A DNA stretch of 64,000 nucleotides from Macrostomum lignano (taxonomy: Eukaryota). This document shows, piece by piece, positions 23,001 through 36,387 of the stretch. The notes under the pieces are model-generated. The model was given only the letters and a program-made list of their open reading frames with translations, was not told the DNA's origin and ran no database searches. Within the stretch, counting starts at the first letter, position 1. Every line of letters starts with the position of its first letter. Both the position numbers and the translations under genes were made by a program. The stretch covers positions 62,001 to 126,000 of the forward strand of contig NIVC01002293.1 of the NCBI GenBank assembly GCA_002269645.1, written 5' to 3'.

Positions 23001-26000
23001 GCCCGGAGGTGGCAGCAGCGGCGGCGGCGGCGGCGGCGGCGGTGGCTGCGGGCCCGCGGACTCGCTAACCTCGGCAGCGCCGCCGCCGCTGCAGCCACCG
23101 ACGCCGCAGCAGCTGTCGCAGCAGCAGCAGCAACTGCAGCTGCAGGAGCAGAAACTGCAACAATCGGAAGCCGCGTCCTCGCCGACTGCAACTTGGCAAG
23201 GAGAGGGACGCCAAGGATACTCAAGGCTGGAGTTTTCATGGTGGCACACTCACTCAGCCTCCCAGGTCCCTCACCCTGCTGTCCGGTGTCTGCGCTGTCC
23301 GGCAGCTCCTCGATGGCCAGGTCCCAGACTCGGACGAGGCGGTCGTTGGAGCCGCTGGCAAGTCGGCGACCGTCACTGGAGAAGCAGCAGCTGGTGACGT
23401 AGCTGCGGCGGTAGGGGGGGGGGTCAGCTTGCACATTTATCCGGTTCAGTTGCGTCATGGACTACTGGAGAGCTTGATGCCGTATGCTCCCGCCTGCACT
23501 GTCTTCTACTACTCCCACTGTTTAATTACCCACTAGATCCCTCACTAGATTCCCCTACTAGGTTCCCTACTAGATTTCCCCACCAGATTCTCAACTACAT
23601 GTAGATTCCCCCACTAGAATCCCCACTAGATTCCCCACTATAGAATCCCCCACTAGATTCCCCACTATAGAATCCCCACTAGATTCCCCACTAGATTTCC
23701 CTACTAGATTCCCCACTAGATTCCCCACTAGACTCCCTACTAGATTCCCTACTAGATTCCCTACTAGATTCCCTACTAGATTCCCTACTAGATTCCCCAA
23801 CTAGATTCCTCACTAGATTCCCCACTAGATTCCCCACTAGATTCCCCACTAGATTCCCCACTAGATTCCCCACTAGATTCCCCACTAGATTCCCCACTAG
23901 ATTCCCCACTAGATTCCCCACTAGATTCCCAGGCAGCCAAAGCCACCCACCGCGCGTGAGCCTCCACAACGTGCAGCGAGGACGCGGTTTCCTGGAAAGC
24001 AGACGGGCCTCAGTAAGCCGTGCCAGTAGTGTTTTTCTCAAAATTTTGCACTTTTCTGCTTCAAGGCGACAACAAACGGGCTTCACTCACCGGCTTCCAG
24101 ATCCTCACAGTGTGATCCCCGGAACTGGGAAGGGGAAAAAGTTGGAAGGGCTTTGGTTGCGAGATTCAGGCAGTGGCAGCCAGCCCAGTGCTGCAGTTTT
24201 CTGGACCCCTGGCTCACCAGGAAATGAGCAGCTTCCCATTTGGGGAGAACTGAACCGCCATGACCGCCCTGCTGTGGCCTTTCAGGGAGAAGAGCAGCTT
24301 CAGACTGCCTTGCTGCCTTCCTGCAATTCCGGAGGCGAGACTGAATCATTGGGAGAGACAGGTGGCTGTGCGGTTGCTTGTCAGGACCGATTCTGTAATG
24401 ACCGCTTCTGTAATGACCGATTCTGTAATGACCGATTCTGTAATGACCCATTCTGTAATGACCGATTCTGTAATGACCGATTCTGAAATGACCGATTCTG
24501 TAATGACCGATTCTGAAATGACCGATTCTGAAATGACCTATTCTGAAATGACCTATTCTGTAATGACCGATTCTGAAATGACCGATTCTGTAATTACCGA
24601 TTCTGCAATTACTGAGTTTGTAATGACCGTTTCTGAAATGACTGTCAGTTCAATTCTCAATTCTTTAATTGCCCATTACCTTGAAAAGCAATAATTACTA
24701 TTTTACTATAAATAATGGTTCCGCTAGGCAGACAAATCCAGCTGCAAGGAAGCCTCATCAACTTAGCACCGCCGTCATTAACAGTTCAGCAGTCACTCAG
24801 CATCTCCCTGTCCTCTAAGCCGCAGCCCAGCGCATTCTCGCAGACTTAGCCAGAGAAGGAATTTGTGAGCAGTTCTTCACTCCCAGCAACTGTCAGGCTG
24901 AGAAAAGCGGGTGAGGAGGTGAGCAGTTCTGAATCGCCTCCCCTTTAGCTTGGCCCGGAGCTAAAATTTCAATCCAACAGAGAAATAAGGCAGACTTGAT
25001 GAAGCTGCGGCTCCCAGTCTAACCGCAATTAGGCATCCCAACTCATTTCCACTTTCCCCTCCTCTTCCGCATCCGGAGCAGTCAGTTGGAAAGAGACAGA
25101 AGTTCCCCGTAGTCACAGGCTACAACTCACTGCTGTGACCTTTGCTGACCCCGCCGTTGGGGCCAGAAGCAGCAGATGTTGCAGACGCTGCCTCAAAGCA
25201 GATGAGCTGCCAGATTTTCACTAGATTATCGCTGCCCCCAGTGGCCACAGTGTAGCAGGGCGCGGCGGCGCGTCTGGACCCGGGCTCCGGATGCGGGCCT
25301 GGCAACGGGAGGCGGATCTGAGGCGTGAGTGGCGTGGACAGGAATTGAGGAATTTATTGGATGGCGCTGGTTTGAGAGGCGATTTTGTCTGAGAGACGGA
25401 ATGCAAATCGGAAGAGCGAAAGCAGGTGGGCAGTAGGAAACTTGATGAGATGATGGGGAATCGGGTGGTGGGGAATGGGGTGGTGGGGAATGAGGTGGTG
25501 GGGAATGGGGTGATGGGGAATGGGGTGATGGGGAATGGGGTGATGGGGAATGGGGTGATGGGGAATGGGGTGATGGGGAATGGGGTGATGGGGAATGGGG
25601 TGATGGGGAATGAGGTGATGGGGAATGGGGTGATGGGGAATGGGGTGGTGAGGAAAGGGGTGATGGGAATCGGGATGATGGGGAATGTGGGGAAGCGGGG
25701 GAAATGTATATATTACTATTGACAAGCATTGCATTATAACCGCCCCAAAACAGCCCAGATAAAGTTCCCAGACCAGACGAGCCCAGTGGTAAACAGCAGA
25801 GGAAACACGCATAATTGGGAAATGGGACGCAAAATAGGATCGCTGAGGCACTCTGTATCTCCTCATCTTCATCTCTCCGCCATTCAGCATCGCAGCCTCC
25901 CCTTCCCGCCATCAATTAATCTGCAACCTTCAGTGCCGCAGCCCCCGCTCTGCACATTGCCGGGCATGCAAACGGAGATTAGGGGCTGCCGTTGCTGCAA

Positions 26001-29000
26001 CATCTCTAGGATTCATGACGCCCGCCCTGCTAATTCTTGCCGTCCCTCTTGCCTCTCTTCTAGAAGAACAAGATCAGCCTAATTTAATTGTTCTTTTAGG
26101 TTCCAGAGGTCAGAAGGGTTAGCCTAATCCCTTCGCTTCTTTGGCAGCTTTGAGCTGGGACTCTCTAATCATCTTTTTAATTTGGCTCGCCGATCCCCCA
26201 TGCCTCAATTATGAAACCCTGGCTAGCGGCCTCAGGATCCGGAAAGATAATTGACTGCTGGATTTAGTGTACGGACAGCCAGGGCATCTATGACAGTGTA
26301 CAGATCTATGACAGTGTACAGATCTATGACAGTGTACAGATCTATGACAGTGTACAGATCTATGACAGTGTACAGATCTATGATAGTGTACAGATCTATG
26401 ACAGTGTACAGATCTATGACAGTGTACAGATCTATGACAGTGTACAGATCTATGACAGTGTACAGATCTATGACAGTGTACAGATCTATGACAGTGTACA
26501 GATCTATGACAGTGTACAGATCTATGACAGTGTACAGATCTATGACAGTGTACAGATCTATGACAGTGTACAGATCTATGACAGTGTACAGATCTATGAC
26601 AGTGTACAGATCTATGACAGTGTACAGATCTATGACAGTGTACAGATCTATGACAGTGTACAGATCTATGACAGTGTACAGATCTATGACAGTGTACAGA
26701 TCTATGACAGTGTACAGATCTATGACAGTGTACAGATCTATGACAGTGTACAGATCTATGACAGTGTACAGATCTATGACAGTGTACAGATCTATGATAG
26801 TGTACAGATCTATGATAGTGTACAGATCTATAACAGTGTACAGATCTATGATAGTGTACAGATCTATGATAGTGTACAGATCTATGATAGTGTACAGATC
26901 TATGACAGTGTACAGATCTATGACAGTGTACAGATCTATGATAGTGTACAGATCTATGATAGTGTACAGATCTATGACAGTGTACAGATCTATGACAGTG
27001 TACAGATCTATGACAGTGTACAGATCTATGACAGTGTACAGATCTATGACAGTGTACAGATCTATGATAGTGTACAGATCTATGATAGTGTACAGATCTA
27101 TGATAGTGTACAGATCTATGACAGTGTACAGATCTATGACAGTGTACAGATCTATGACAGTGTACAGATCTATAACATTTTACGATTCCTATGACACTGT
27201 ACCGAATCTCTATCCGGCTGTACAGAATCTCTACCAGACTATACAGAATCTCTACCAGACTGTACAGAATCTCTACCAGACTATACAGAATCTCTACCAG
27301 ACTGTACAGAATCTCTATCAGACTATACAGAATCTCTACCAGACTGTACAGAATCTCTACCAGACTATACAGAATCTCTACCAGACTGTACAGAATCTCT
27401 ACCAGACTGTACAGAATCTCTACCAGACTCACTGGCAGGGCAGGGTGAGAAGTCAACTCCGGCCACGCCCAGGTCATGCCCGTCCAGCACCAGCTGCAGC
27501 GCCTTTGCCCGTCCGAACTGTCCGTCCCAGACGCGCAAGTCGCCGCTGGCGGCGCCGGACACGAGAAACCGGCCGTCCGGGCTGAAGGCCAGGCCCAGCA
27601 CGGAGCCGCAGTGACCGGAGAGGCAGCGGAGCAGAGACTGGGAGGGCACATCCCAGAGGCAGAGGCTGCCGTCCTCGCCGCCGCTTGCAAAGAGACGCGA
27701 GTTCAAGGAGAAGGCACCGGCCCTGATGCTGCACTTGCTGGGATGGCTGAACAGGCTGAGCTGCTGGCCTGCGGGCGGATGAGATCACAGGTGTGGGATG
27801 GGATCACAGGTGTGGGATGGGATCACAGGTGTGGGATGGGATCACAGGTGTGGGATGGGATCACAGGTGTGGGATGGGATCACAGGTGTGGGATGGGATC
27901 ACAGGTGTGGGATGGGATCACAGGTGTGGGATGGGATCACAGGTGTGGGATGGGATCACAGGTGTGGGATGGGATCACAGGTGTGGGATGGGATCACAGG
28001 TGTGGGATGGGATCACAGGTGTGGGATGGGATCACAGGTGTGGGATGGGATCACAGGTGTGGGATGGGATCACAGGTGTGGGATGGGATCACAGGTGTGG
28101 GATGGGATCACAGGTGTGGGATGGGATCACAGGTGTGGGATGGGATCACAGGTGTGGGATGGGATCACAGGTGTGGGATGGGATCACAGGTGTGGGATGG
28201 GATCACAGGAGTGGGATGAGATCACAGGAGTGGGATAGGATCATAGGGGTGGGATGAGATCACAGGAGTGGGATAGGATCATAGGGGTGGGATGGGATCA
28301 CAGAAGTGGGATAGGATCATAGGGGTGGGATGGGATCACAGGTGTGGGATGGGACCACAGGTGTGGGATGAGATCACAGGAGTGGGATAGGATCATAGGG
28401 GTGGGATGGGATCACAGGAGTGGGATGGGATCACAGGTGTGGGATGGGACCACAGGTGTGGGATAGGATCATAGGGGTGGGATGGGATCACAGGTGTGGG
28501 ATGGGATCACAGGAGTGGGATGAGATCACAGGAGTGGGATGAGATCACAGGAGTGGGATAGGATCATAGGGGTGGGATGAGATCACAGGAGTGGGATAGG
28601 ATCATAGGGGTGGGATGGGATCACAGAAGTGGGATAGGATCATAGGGGTGGGATGGGATCACAGGTGTGGGATGGGACCACAGGTGTGGGATGAGATCAC
28701 AGGAGTGGGATAGGATCATAGGGGTGGGATGGGATCACAGGAGTGGGATGGGATCACAGGTGTGGGATGGGACCACAGGTGTGGGATAGGATCATAGGGG
28801 TGGGATGGGATCACAGGTGTGGGATGGGATCACAGGAGTGGGATGAGATCACAGGAGTGGGATAGGATCATAGGGGTGGGATGGGATCACAGGTGTGGGA
28901 TGGGACCACAGGTGTGGGATGAGATCACAGGAGTGGGATAGGATCATAGGGGTGGGATGGGATCACAGGAGTGGGATAGGATCATAAGGGTGGGATAGGA

Positions 29001-31396
29001 TCATAGGGGTGGGATGGTATCACAGGAGTGGGATAGGATCATAGGGGTGGGATGGTATCACAGGAGTGGGATAGGATCATAGGGGTGGGATAGGATCATA
29101 GGGGTGGGATGGAATCACAGGAGTGTGATGAGATCACAGAAGTGGGATAGGATCATAGGGGTGGGATGGGATCACAGGTGTGGGATGGGACCACAGGTGT
29201 GGGATGAGATCACAGGAGTGGGATAGGATCATAGGGGTGGGATGGGATCACAGGAGTGGGATAGGATCATAGGGGTGGGATAGGATCATAGGGGTGGGAT
29301 AGGATCATAGGGGTGGGATGGTATCACAGGAGTGGGATAGGATCATAGGGGTGGGATAGAATTACAGGGGTGGGATAGGATCACAGGTGTGAGTGGGATC
29401 ACAGGTTTGGGGAGGATTGGTTCACTAGTCTATTTAAACTTCGATTCTGAGACATTGAAAATTTGAAGTTTCTATAAAAGTACAATTTATAGAGTTGAAG
29501 CGAAAGTGTGTTCCAATCACGGTCCAGGGTTTGCAGGGAATCAGCGTAATTAAAGAATTGGCATTCAACGATAGTGTTTGCACAGCAACATTGCAATCTA
29601 AACTGGTCAAGCTGTTTCCCACTCTGTCACGAATTTCTGAGGATTTTATCCCCAAGCAGTTCAGGAGAGGGGGCGGCAGACAGGAGGGGTAAGGGCCGGT
29701 CCCGCCAGTGTTTACCCGGGTAGCAGAGCGGTGTCAATGCGAGAGATTCCTGGGTCAGAGGATCGAACCCCGGTCTGGCGAGGATCTTTCGCGGCACACA
29801 TGGGAGATTTGACAGCAACCTAAACCTGGGCTGTTAAGCCCCTTGAGCCTAAACATTTTTCTAGTGCTGCGCATACCTGGGATCTGTTGGGATTTGGGGA
29901 GCAGCGCGTGAGCAACTGGGGAACTGCTCTGGCCTCCGCCAAATCGCTTGTTCACCCACACTGACAGCTTGTTCACCCACACGGACAGCTTGTTACCCCA
30001 CACTGACAGCTTGTTCACCCACACTGACAGCTTGTTCACCCACACTGACAGCTTGTTCACCCACACGGACAGCTTGTTCACCCACACTGACAGCTTGTTC
30101 ACCCACACGGACAGCTTGTTCACCCACACTGACAGCTTGTTCACCCACACGGACAGCTTGTTCACCCCACACTGACAGCTTGTTCACCCACACTGACAGC
30201 TTGTTCACCCACACTGACAGCTTGTTCACCCACACTGACAGCTTGTTCACCCCACACTGACAGCTTGTTCACCCACACGGACAGCTTGTTCACCCCACAC
30301 TGACAGCTTGTTCACCCCACACTGACAGCGTGTTCACCCAACAATTCACCCCACTAAGCCATCAGATACCGGTTTTCGGGTCCCAGAAGACGGCCTTGCC
30401 GTCAGTGGAGCAGCTGACCAACATGGTGCCGAACGGCGAGAAGGCCACGAAATTAACGCAGTAGGCGTGGCCTCGGAGCGGTGAAAAGTCGGCCTCCTGC
30501 CAGGTGGACACGAGCCACAGCCTACGGGCAGGATGCGGGCAGTTATTGTGCCCACTTACAAGCATTGTAACCCTGTCACTTGCAATGCCCCTCAGTGTCT
30601 CTGAGTGAATCTTTATGCCTTTTAAGTACATCCTTAAATGTCTTGGAATGTCTCCCAGTGTCTCCCAATATCTCCCAGTGACTCCCAGTGTCTCCAAATA
30701 TCTACCAGTGTCTTCTAATGTCTCCCAGTGTCTCCCAGTGTCTCCCAATATCTCCCAGTGTCTTCTAATATCTACCAGCGTCTTCCGGTGTCTCCAAATG
30801 TCTCCCAATGTCTGCCAGCGTCTCCCAGTGTCTTCGAATATCTTCCAGTGTCTCCCAATGTCTCCCAGTATCTCCCAATGTCTCACAATGTCTCCCAGTG
30901 TCTCTCAATGTCTTCGAATGTCTCCCAGTATCTCCCAATGTCTCACAATGTCTCCCAGTGTCTCTCAATGTCTTCGAATGTCTCCCAGTATCTCCCAATG
31001 TCTCACAATGTCTTCCAGTGTCTTTCAATGTCTTCGAATGTCTTCCAGTGTCTCCCAATGACTCCCGATGTCTCCCAGTGTCTCCCAATGACTCCCAGTG
31101 TCTCACAATGTCTTCCAGCGTCTCCCAATGTCTCTCAGTCTCCCTCAGTGTCTCTTAATGTCTCCATATGTCAATCAGTGTCTCCCAGTGTCTCCCAATG
31201 TCTCCCCATGTCCCTCAGTGTCCCCCAGTGTCTCCCAATGCTTCAACACCCGCTCTCCTCACCGGACAGTCTTGTCCCCGGAGCAGGTGGCCAGCAGGCC
31301 GCCATTGAAAGCCACCCCGGTGACATCGCGCGCGTGCGCCCCGATGGTGACGGCGAGGCGGGCGGAGACCCGCGGCTGCGGCCGGCCGCTGTGCAT
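20073..31396 (-). CDS. WDSUB1: WD repeat, SAM and U-box domain-containing protein 1, 11 coding exons, about 606 aa
   Basis: Exons: 31396-31263, 30521-30370, 27768-27433, 25298-25131, 24320-24218, 24124-24091, 23991-23951, 23402-23275, 23191-22793, 21012-20923, 20308-20073; all phases are consistent. Domains: seven WD40 repeats ([61 protein letters not shown]), SAM ([15 protein letters not shown]...[10 protein letters not shown]) and U-box ([25 protein letters not shown]...SPMTGQPL...PNRSLR). A 5' UTR or extra exon upstream of the acceptor at 31427 is likely. Confidence 0.94.
20370..20660. repeat. 16-bp minisatellite in the last WDSUB1 intron
   Basis: (GTTTG[T/G]GAAGTTTCGA)n. Confidence 0.93.
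21026..21310. repeat. 22-bp perfect minisatellite in a WDSUB1 intron
   Basis: (GTGAGGGGCAGAGCTGACGGAA) x about 13. Confidence 0.96.
21955..22790. repeat. 12-bp minisatellite in a WDSUB1 intron
   Basis: (GAGGGTGAGGCA)n with GAGACA/GGTTGA variants; abuts the donor of the SAM exon. Confidence 0.95.
23530..23930. repeat. 12-bp minisatellite in a WDSUB1 intron
   Basis: (TAGATTCCCCAC)n. Confidence 0.95.
24385..24645. repeat. 15-bp minisatellite in a WDSUB1 intron
   Basis: (GACCGATTCTG[T/A]AAT)n. Confidence 0.93.
25455..25690. repeat. 15-bp G-rich minisatellite (G-quadruplex-compatible)
   Basis: (GGGGTGATGGGGAAT)n. Confidence 0.93.
26288..27430. repeat. 18-bp and 21-bp minisatellites in a WDSUB1 intron
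   Basis: (ATCTATGACAGTGTACAG)n at about 26288-27175, then (CAGAATCTCTACCAGACTGTA)n at about 27195-27430, running into the donor site. Confidence 0.96.
27780..29400. repeat. 19-bp minisatellite in a WDSUB1 intron
   Basis: (GGGATCACAGGTGTGGGAT)n, homogeneous on the left and with GGATCATAGGGGT variants on the right. Confidence 0.96.
29948..30340. repeat. 21-bp minisatellite in a WDSUB1 intron
   Basis: (GACAGCTTGTTCACCCACACT)n. Confidence 0.95.
30640..31240. repeat. Degenerate 10-bp-based repeat in the first WDSUB1 coding intron
   Basis: TCTCCCAGTG / TCTCCCAATG / TCTTCGAATG units. Confidence 0.9.
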
Positions 31397-31744
31397 GCCG
31401 GGACAGCCGCTCAGAGCCGCTTTTCCACTAGAAGATGAAGACGAGAAGAAGAAGACAAAAAACAAAGTAAGCAGCAACTAATAAAACAAAATGTCCGACC
31501 AACTCTTTCAGCTTAAACCAGCTTTTATAGGACACGGTCAGTGCTGTCTGCCATTCTCCTCGCATTTTTCTGCTTGGCTGGGATTGGCTGCAGGGTGCGC
31601 AGGCCTGTGGCTCGCCACCCTTCCTTTCAAGTCAGATTCGTAATTTAGCTACTAGAACACGACTCCAGCTCTTTGAGCCGTTATCGCATGTTGCCATTCC
31701 ATCCGCAGTACTAATGGGTGCCTCGATGGCCACTGCTACAGAAG

Positions 31745-32862
31745 CCACAGACACACATGGGCTAGCACAGACACACATAAAGGGTAGCACAGACACACAT
31801 GGGCTAGCACAGACACACATGGGCTAGCACAGACACACATGAGCTAGCACAGACACACATGGGCTAGCACAGACACACATGAGCTAGCACAGACACACAT
31901 GAGCTAGCACAGACACACATGGGCTAGCACAGACACATGGGCTAGCACAGACACACACAGGCTAGCACAGACACACATGAGCTAGTACAGACACACATGG
32001 GCGGGCACAGACACACATGGGCTAGCACAGACACACATGGGCGAGCACAGACACATGGGCTAGCACAGACACACATGGGCTAGCACAGACACACATGGGA
32101 TAGCACAGACACACATGGGCTAGCACAGACACACATGGGCGAGCACAGACACATGGGCTAGCACAGACACACATAGGCTAGCACAGACACACATAGGCTA
32201 GCACAGACACACATAGGCTAGCACAGACACACATGGGCTAGCACAGACACACATGAGCTAGCACAGACACACATGGGCTAGCACAGACACACATGAGCTA
32301 GCACAGACACACATGAGCTAGCACAGACACACATGGGCTAGCACAGACACATGGGCTAGCACAGACACACCTGGGCTAGCACAGACACACATGAGCTAGT
32401 ACAGACACACATGGGCTAGCACAGACACACATGGGCTAGCACAGACACACATGGGCGAGCACAGACACATGGGCTAGCACAGACACACATGGGCTAGCAC
32501 AGACACACATGGGCTAGCACAGACACACATGGGCGAGCACAGACACATGGGCTAGCACAGACACACATAGGCTAGCACAGACACACATGGGCTAGCACAG
32601 ACACACATGGGCTAGCACAGACACACATGGGATAGCACAGACACACATGGGCTAGCACAGACACACATGGGCTAGCACAGACACACATGGGCTAGCACAG
32701 ACACACATGGGCGAGCACAGACACATGGGCTAGCACAGACACACATGAGCTAGCACAGACACACATGGGCTAGCACAGACACACATGGGCGAGCACAGAC
32801 ACATGGGCTAGCACAGACACACATGGGATAGCACAGACACACATGGGCTAGCACAGACACAT
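31745..32862 (+). repeat. 20-bp minisatellite (left arm of an inverted pair)
   Basis: (GCTAGCACAGACACACATGG)n. Confidence 0.95.
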
Positions 32863-33619
32863 GATGACGGGCAGTTCAAAGTGCCGATACAAAAGTGCAC
32901 ACACAAGAGAGGGAAGGACAGTCAAGGTGGATGGCCTATCGAGCGGAAATCGGGTAGAGAGCAAACTGTTTCGCCCCTTTTGGTTTCATGCGTTTTATTG
33001 AAATGGGGGGAGAGGCAAGTTCAACATTTCAGATTTCGTCTCCGCATGCTGCCAAGCCTGTCTCATCCTTCAGTGCTCGCGGGCCCAGCCTCCGCAGCTG
33101 CTGCAGTTAATATATTACAGAACCGATCTGTCTTCGTCTGTGGACGGGCGCATCAAACCGCTAATAAAAGGCGAGCTTTTATTGGGCTTACGGACACGAG
33201 GACGCGGACTATAAGGGGGTGAGTATGGTTAGGGTAGCTGCAGGCTAAGGGTAGAAGGCGAGCTGATTAATCCTGATGCAGATTCTCATTATTGAGATCT
33301 GACTGGCGGGGCTGGGCGGGGCCAGAGAAAGACCCGGCAGTGCACATTAGCAGTGCAACGGGGGATCCGCGGTTTCGAATTCGCGGCCTGATGTGGCTGG
33401 ACATCACACTCATCAGCGTGTGCGGGCAGGCGAGAGGAAGATGTAGCTTTCTGGATGCTGGATAGAGTGAGCTCGGCTGCAGTTGTTTGGTTTCGAGACA
33501 GAGAAGCTCGAAAAGTCTCAGCTGTTGAATTTGGGGCTTGTAAAATAACCGACTTGATGGGAGAGTGAAGTACATGGCGTAAGTACAGGAGGGCTAGAAA
33601 TGTACATGCAAGAGAGGGG

Positions 33620-33930
33620 AGGGGAAAAGTGGGGTGAGATTAAAAGATGAGGGGTGAGACTAACAGATGAGGGGGTGAGATTAAAAGATGAGGGGGTGAG
33701 ATTAACATATGAGTGGGTGAGATTAACAGATGAGGGGTGAGATTAACAGATGAGGGGGGTGAGATTAACAGATGAGGGTGAGATTAACAGATGAGGGGGT
33801 GAGATTAACAGATGAGGGGTGAGAATAACAGATGAGGGGGTGAGATTAACAGATGAGAGGGTGAGATTAACAGATGAGGGGGTGAGATTAAAAAATGAGG
33901 GAGTGAGATTAAAAGATGAGGGGTGACATT
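33620..33930. repeat. 21-22-bp minisatellite
   Basis: (GAGATTAACAGATGAGGGG[G]T)n. Confidence 0.92.
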
Positions 33931-34679
33931 AAGAAATGCATTTTAGTAAGGCTGAGTTGAGAGGAGGGGGATTAAGGAGCGGAGAATATCGAGAGGATAC
34001 GAGTAGAGATCTGAGCAAAGAAGACTTGGCCATCAACTGCAGCCAAATCTAGTGGAAGGGGATTATCTTATGCAGAGGGGATTAATGAAAAAACCTAGGA
34101 TATAGGGATTGATCCGAGCCCTGACTGACAGCTCAAAAACGCTTTGAGCTCATTTGCGCTTATTCACACTTGAAAGAAATTTTTTTGCATTTCGCATCGA
34201 TGCTACTGAGACAGGCTTTTGTGGGGATCTCAGTGCCCGCTGGGATGAGGGATCTAATGGGGATATTTTTGTGCACTTGAGTGTGTGGCTTTGAGGTCGC
34301 GGCATTCCCAACTAACTCTAGATATGCCCTGCCCTCTTTGGCAACTGCCGATTTCAACTGGGCAGCCACAGTCGATATGCCTTGCCTGCTTGCTCCTTCT
34401 AGCTGGGGACTGCAGTGACAGCTCTGTGGCTCTAAATACTTTCCCTTGATCCCATCGGGAGCGCTGGAGGCAGGCCCCGAGCTGCCAGTAACAGTCCGCG
34501 CGCTGTCTTTTACAAATCGATTATTTGGGGGGCGAGAGGGAAGCGAAGAGGGACAACGGGGTGCCAGGGCGGTTCGATCCGAGGCGTGTGGAATATAAAA
34601 GCGAGAGGGAGAGGCAGATATTGAAATGGAGTGGAAAGGAGGCTGAGGCAGGGTGAGGGAAGATGGCGATATGGAGCGA

Positions 34680-35460
34680 TTACCTGAAGCACGAGGGAGA
34701 GTGAGAGTGAGAGAGGGAGAGTGGGAGAGGGAGAGGGAGAGTGGGAGAGGAAGAGTGAGTGAGTGGGAGAGGGAGAGAGGGAGAGTGAGTGAGTGGGAGA
34801 GGGAGAGAGGGAAAGGGAGAGTGACTGAGTGGGAGGGGGAGAGGGAGAGTGACTGAGTGGGAGAGGGAGAGAGGGAGAGAGGGAGAGTGAGTGAGTGGGA
34901 GAGAGGGAGAGTGAGTGGGAGGGAGAGAGAGGGAGAGTGACTGAGTGGGAGAGGGAGAGAGGGAGAGTGAGTGAGTGGGAGAGAGGGAGAGTGAGTGGGA
35001 GGGAGAGAGAGGGAGAGTGACTGAGTGGGAGAGGGAGAGAGGGAGAGTGAGTGAGTGGGAGAGAGGGAGAGTGAGTGAGTGGGAGGGAGAGAGAGGGAGA
35101 GTGAGTGAGTGGGAGGGGGAGAGAGGGAGAGTGACTGAGTGGGAGAGGGAGAGTGAGTGAGTGGGAGAGGGAGAGAGGGAGAGTGACTGAGTGGGAGGGG
35201 GAGAGATGGAGAGTGAATGAGTGGGAGAGGGAGAGAGGGAGAGGGAATGAGGGAGAGAGGGGGTGAGGGAGAGGGAGAGTGAGAATGGAAGAGTGAGAGT
35301 GGAGGAGGGGGAGAGATCAGGGAGAGAGAGAGGGAGAGTGGGAGAGGGAGAGTAAGAGGGGAGGGAGAGAGGAGATTGAAAGAGGCAAAGGGAGAGAGGG
35401 AGATGTAGGGAAGGAGAGCTGTATAGGAAAGGGAGTGGGAAAGAACTGCGGGAGGATGAA
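34680..35460. repeat. ~0.8-kb purine-rich (GA/GAGT) low-complexity tract
   Basis: GAGTGAGTGGGAGAGGGAGAGA-type units, almost no C on the + strand. Confidence 0.92.
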
Positions 35461-36387
35461 GGGAGAGGCAGAGAAGAGAGGGTTCCATGCAGAGAGATTA
35501 GTGGTTAGACGAGAGAAAAAAATGAAGGAGAGAAAGGAACCGAGATGGAGAGGGCGAGAGACAAACCGTAACCAGAGAAACAGCTACATATAACACAGCG
35601 CTCAGTGAGTACAGCTCAAGATCGCCTTTGGTGCCACCCTGATTGTTAATTACTCATTGCACTCACATAGGACTCGGTGACTTCAACAAGAATTGATTCT
35701 AACAACCGATAAAATAAGTGTCCTAAGGGGACACGACCGCTAGAATATAATAAATTAGCATGGGACCCTGAATTCAACAGTCATTTTTTTTTCAAAAGTC
35801 AGTCAGCTGATCACTGACTGCTCTCCCAACTGGGAAGGAGACAGACAGACAGACCAAAGTCCAAGATCCTTTGAAAATAGAACCGAGGGGACCACGGGCT
35901 TAATTGGATTGCCTGCGGGGGGGGGCAGAGAGGGGAATCGACCAGTGAGGGATATTTTCCACCGCTAAGCGGTGACAAGAAGCTACATGTAGAAGATAGA
36001 GAGAGGCATCCGCAAAATGCATTGCAGAAATTCGGCGGCAGAGGTAGTATTTTTCTTGTGCGTCTCACTCTGCTTCTTGCTTTTTCTCCTGTTTTACAAG
36101 GAGACCGACTGGCTTCCCCTGTCACCGCTGCGCTTTCCTTTTCTTCTTTTGTGTTGTGGTTTCATTTTTCCTGACCGTCTGGCCAGCGAAATGGTTTTTA
36201 TTGCTTCAATTTCAGGGTGGGGGGCGACATTCACTTGTCCGAAATTGTGGGTTACGGCGCCGAAAAAGCTGGCTAAAATTCCTGCAGATGATGCTGGACT
36301 TTTGCTACAGGTTTTAGGGCTTCCAGTCTTGCTTAGTCCTCGTGCCGGGTCGCCTGATAGCTGGTAGAAGCACTGCTTTGGCTAATG

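Noticed and set aside
26209-27690. 493-aa His/Cys-rich ORF (HCHRSV)n and the opposite-strand (MTVYRS)n ORF
   Set aside because: Both are stop-free readings of an 18-bp intronic array within WDSUB1, lying between phase-consistent exons.
29690-29860. tRNA gene (GGTTCGATCC B-box on the minus strand)
   Set aside because: No cloverleaf or convincing A-box; at most a SINE remnant.
33330-33425. Hammerhead ribozyme core (CTGATGA...GAAA on the minus strand)
   Set aside because: Stem II pairs only at its first base and stem I cannot form with the sequence after the candidate GTC cleavage site.
34160-35488. 442-aa Ser/Pro/Leu-rich ORF
   Set aside because: Mostly the complement of the polypurine tract; the unique C-terminal part shows no recognisable domain.
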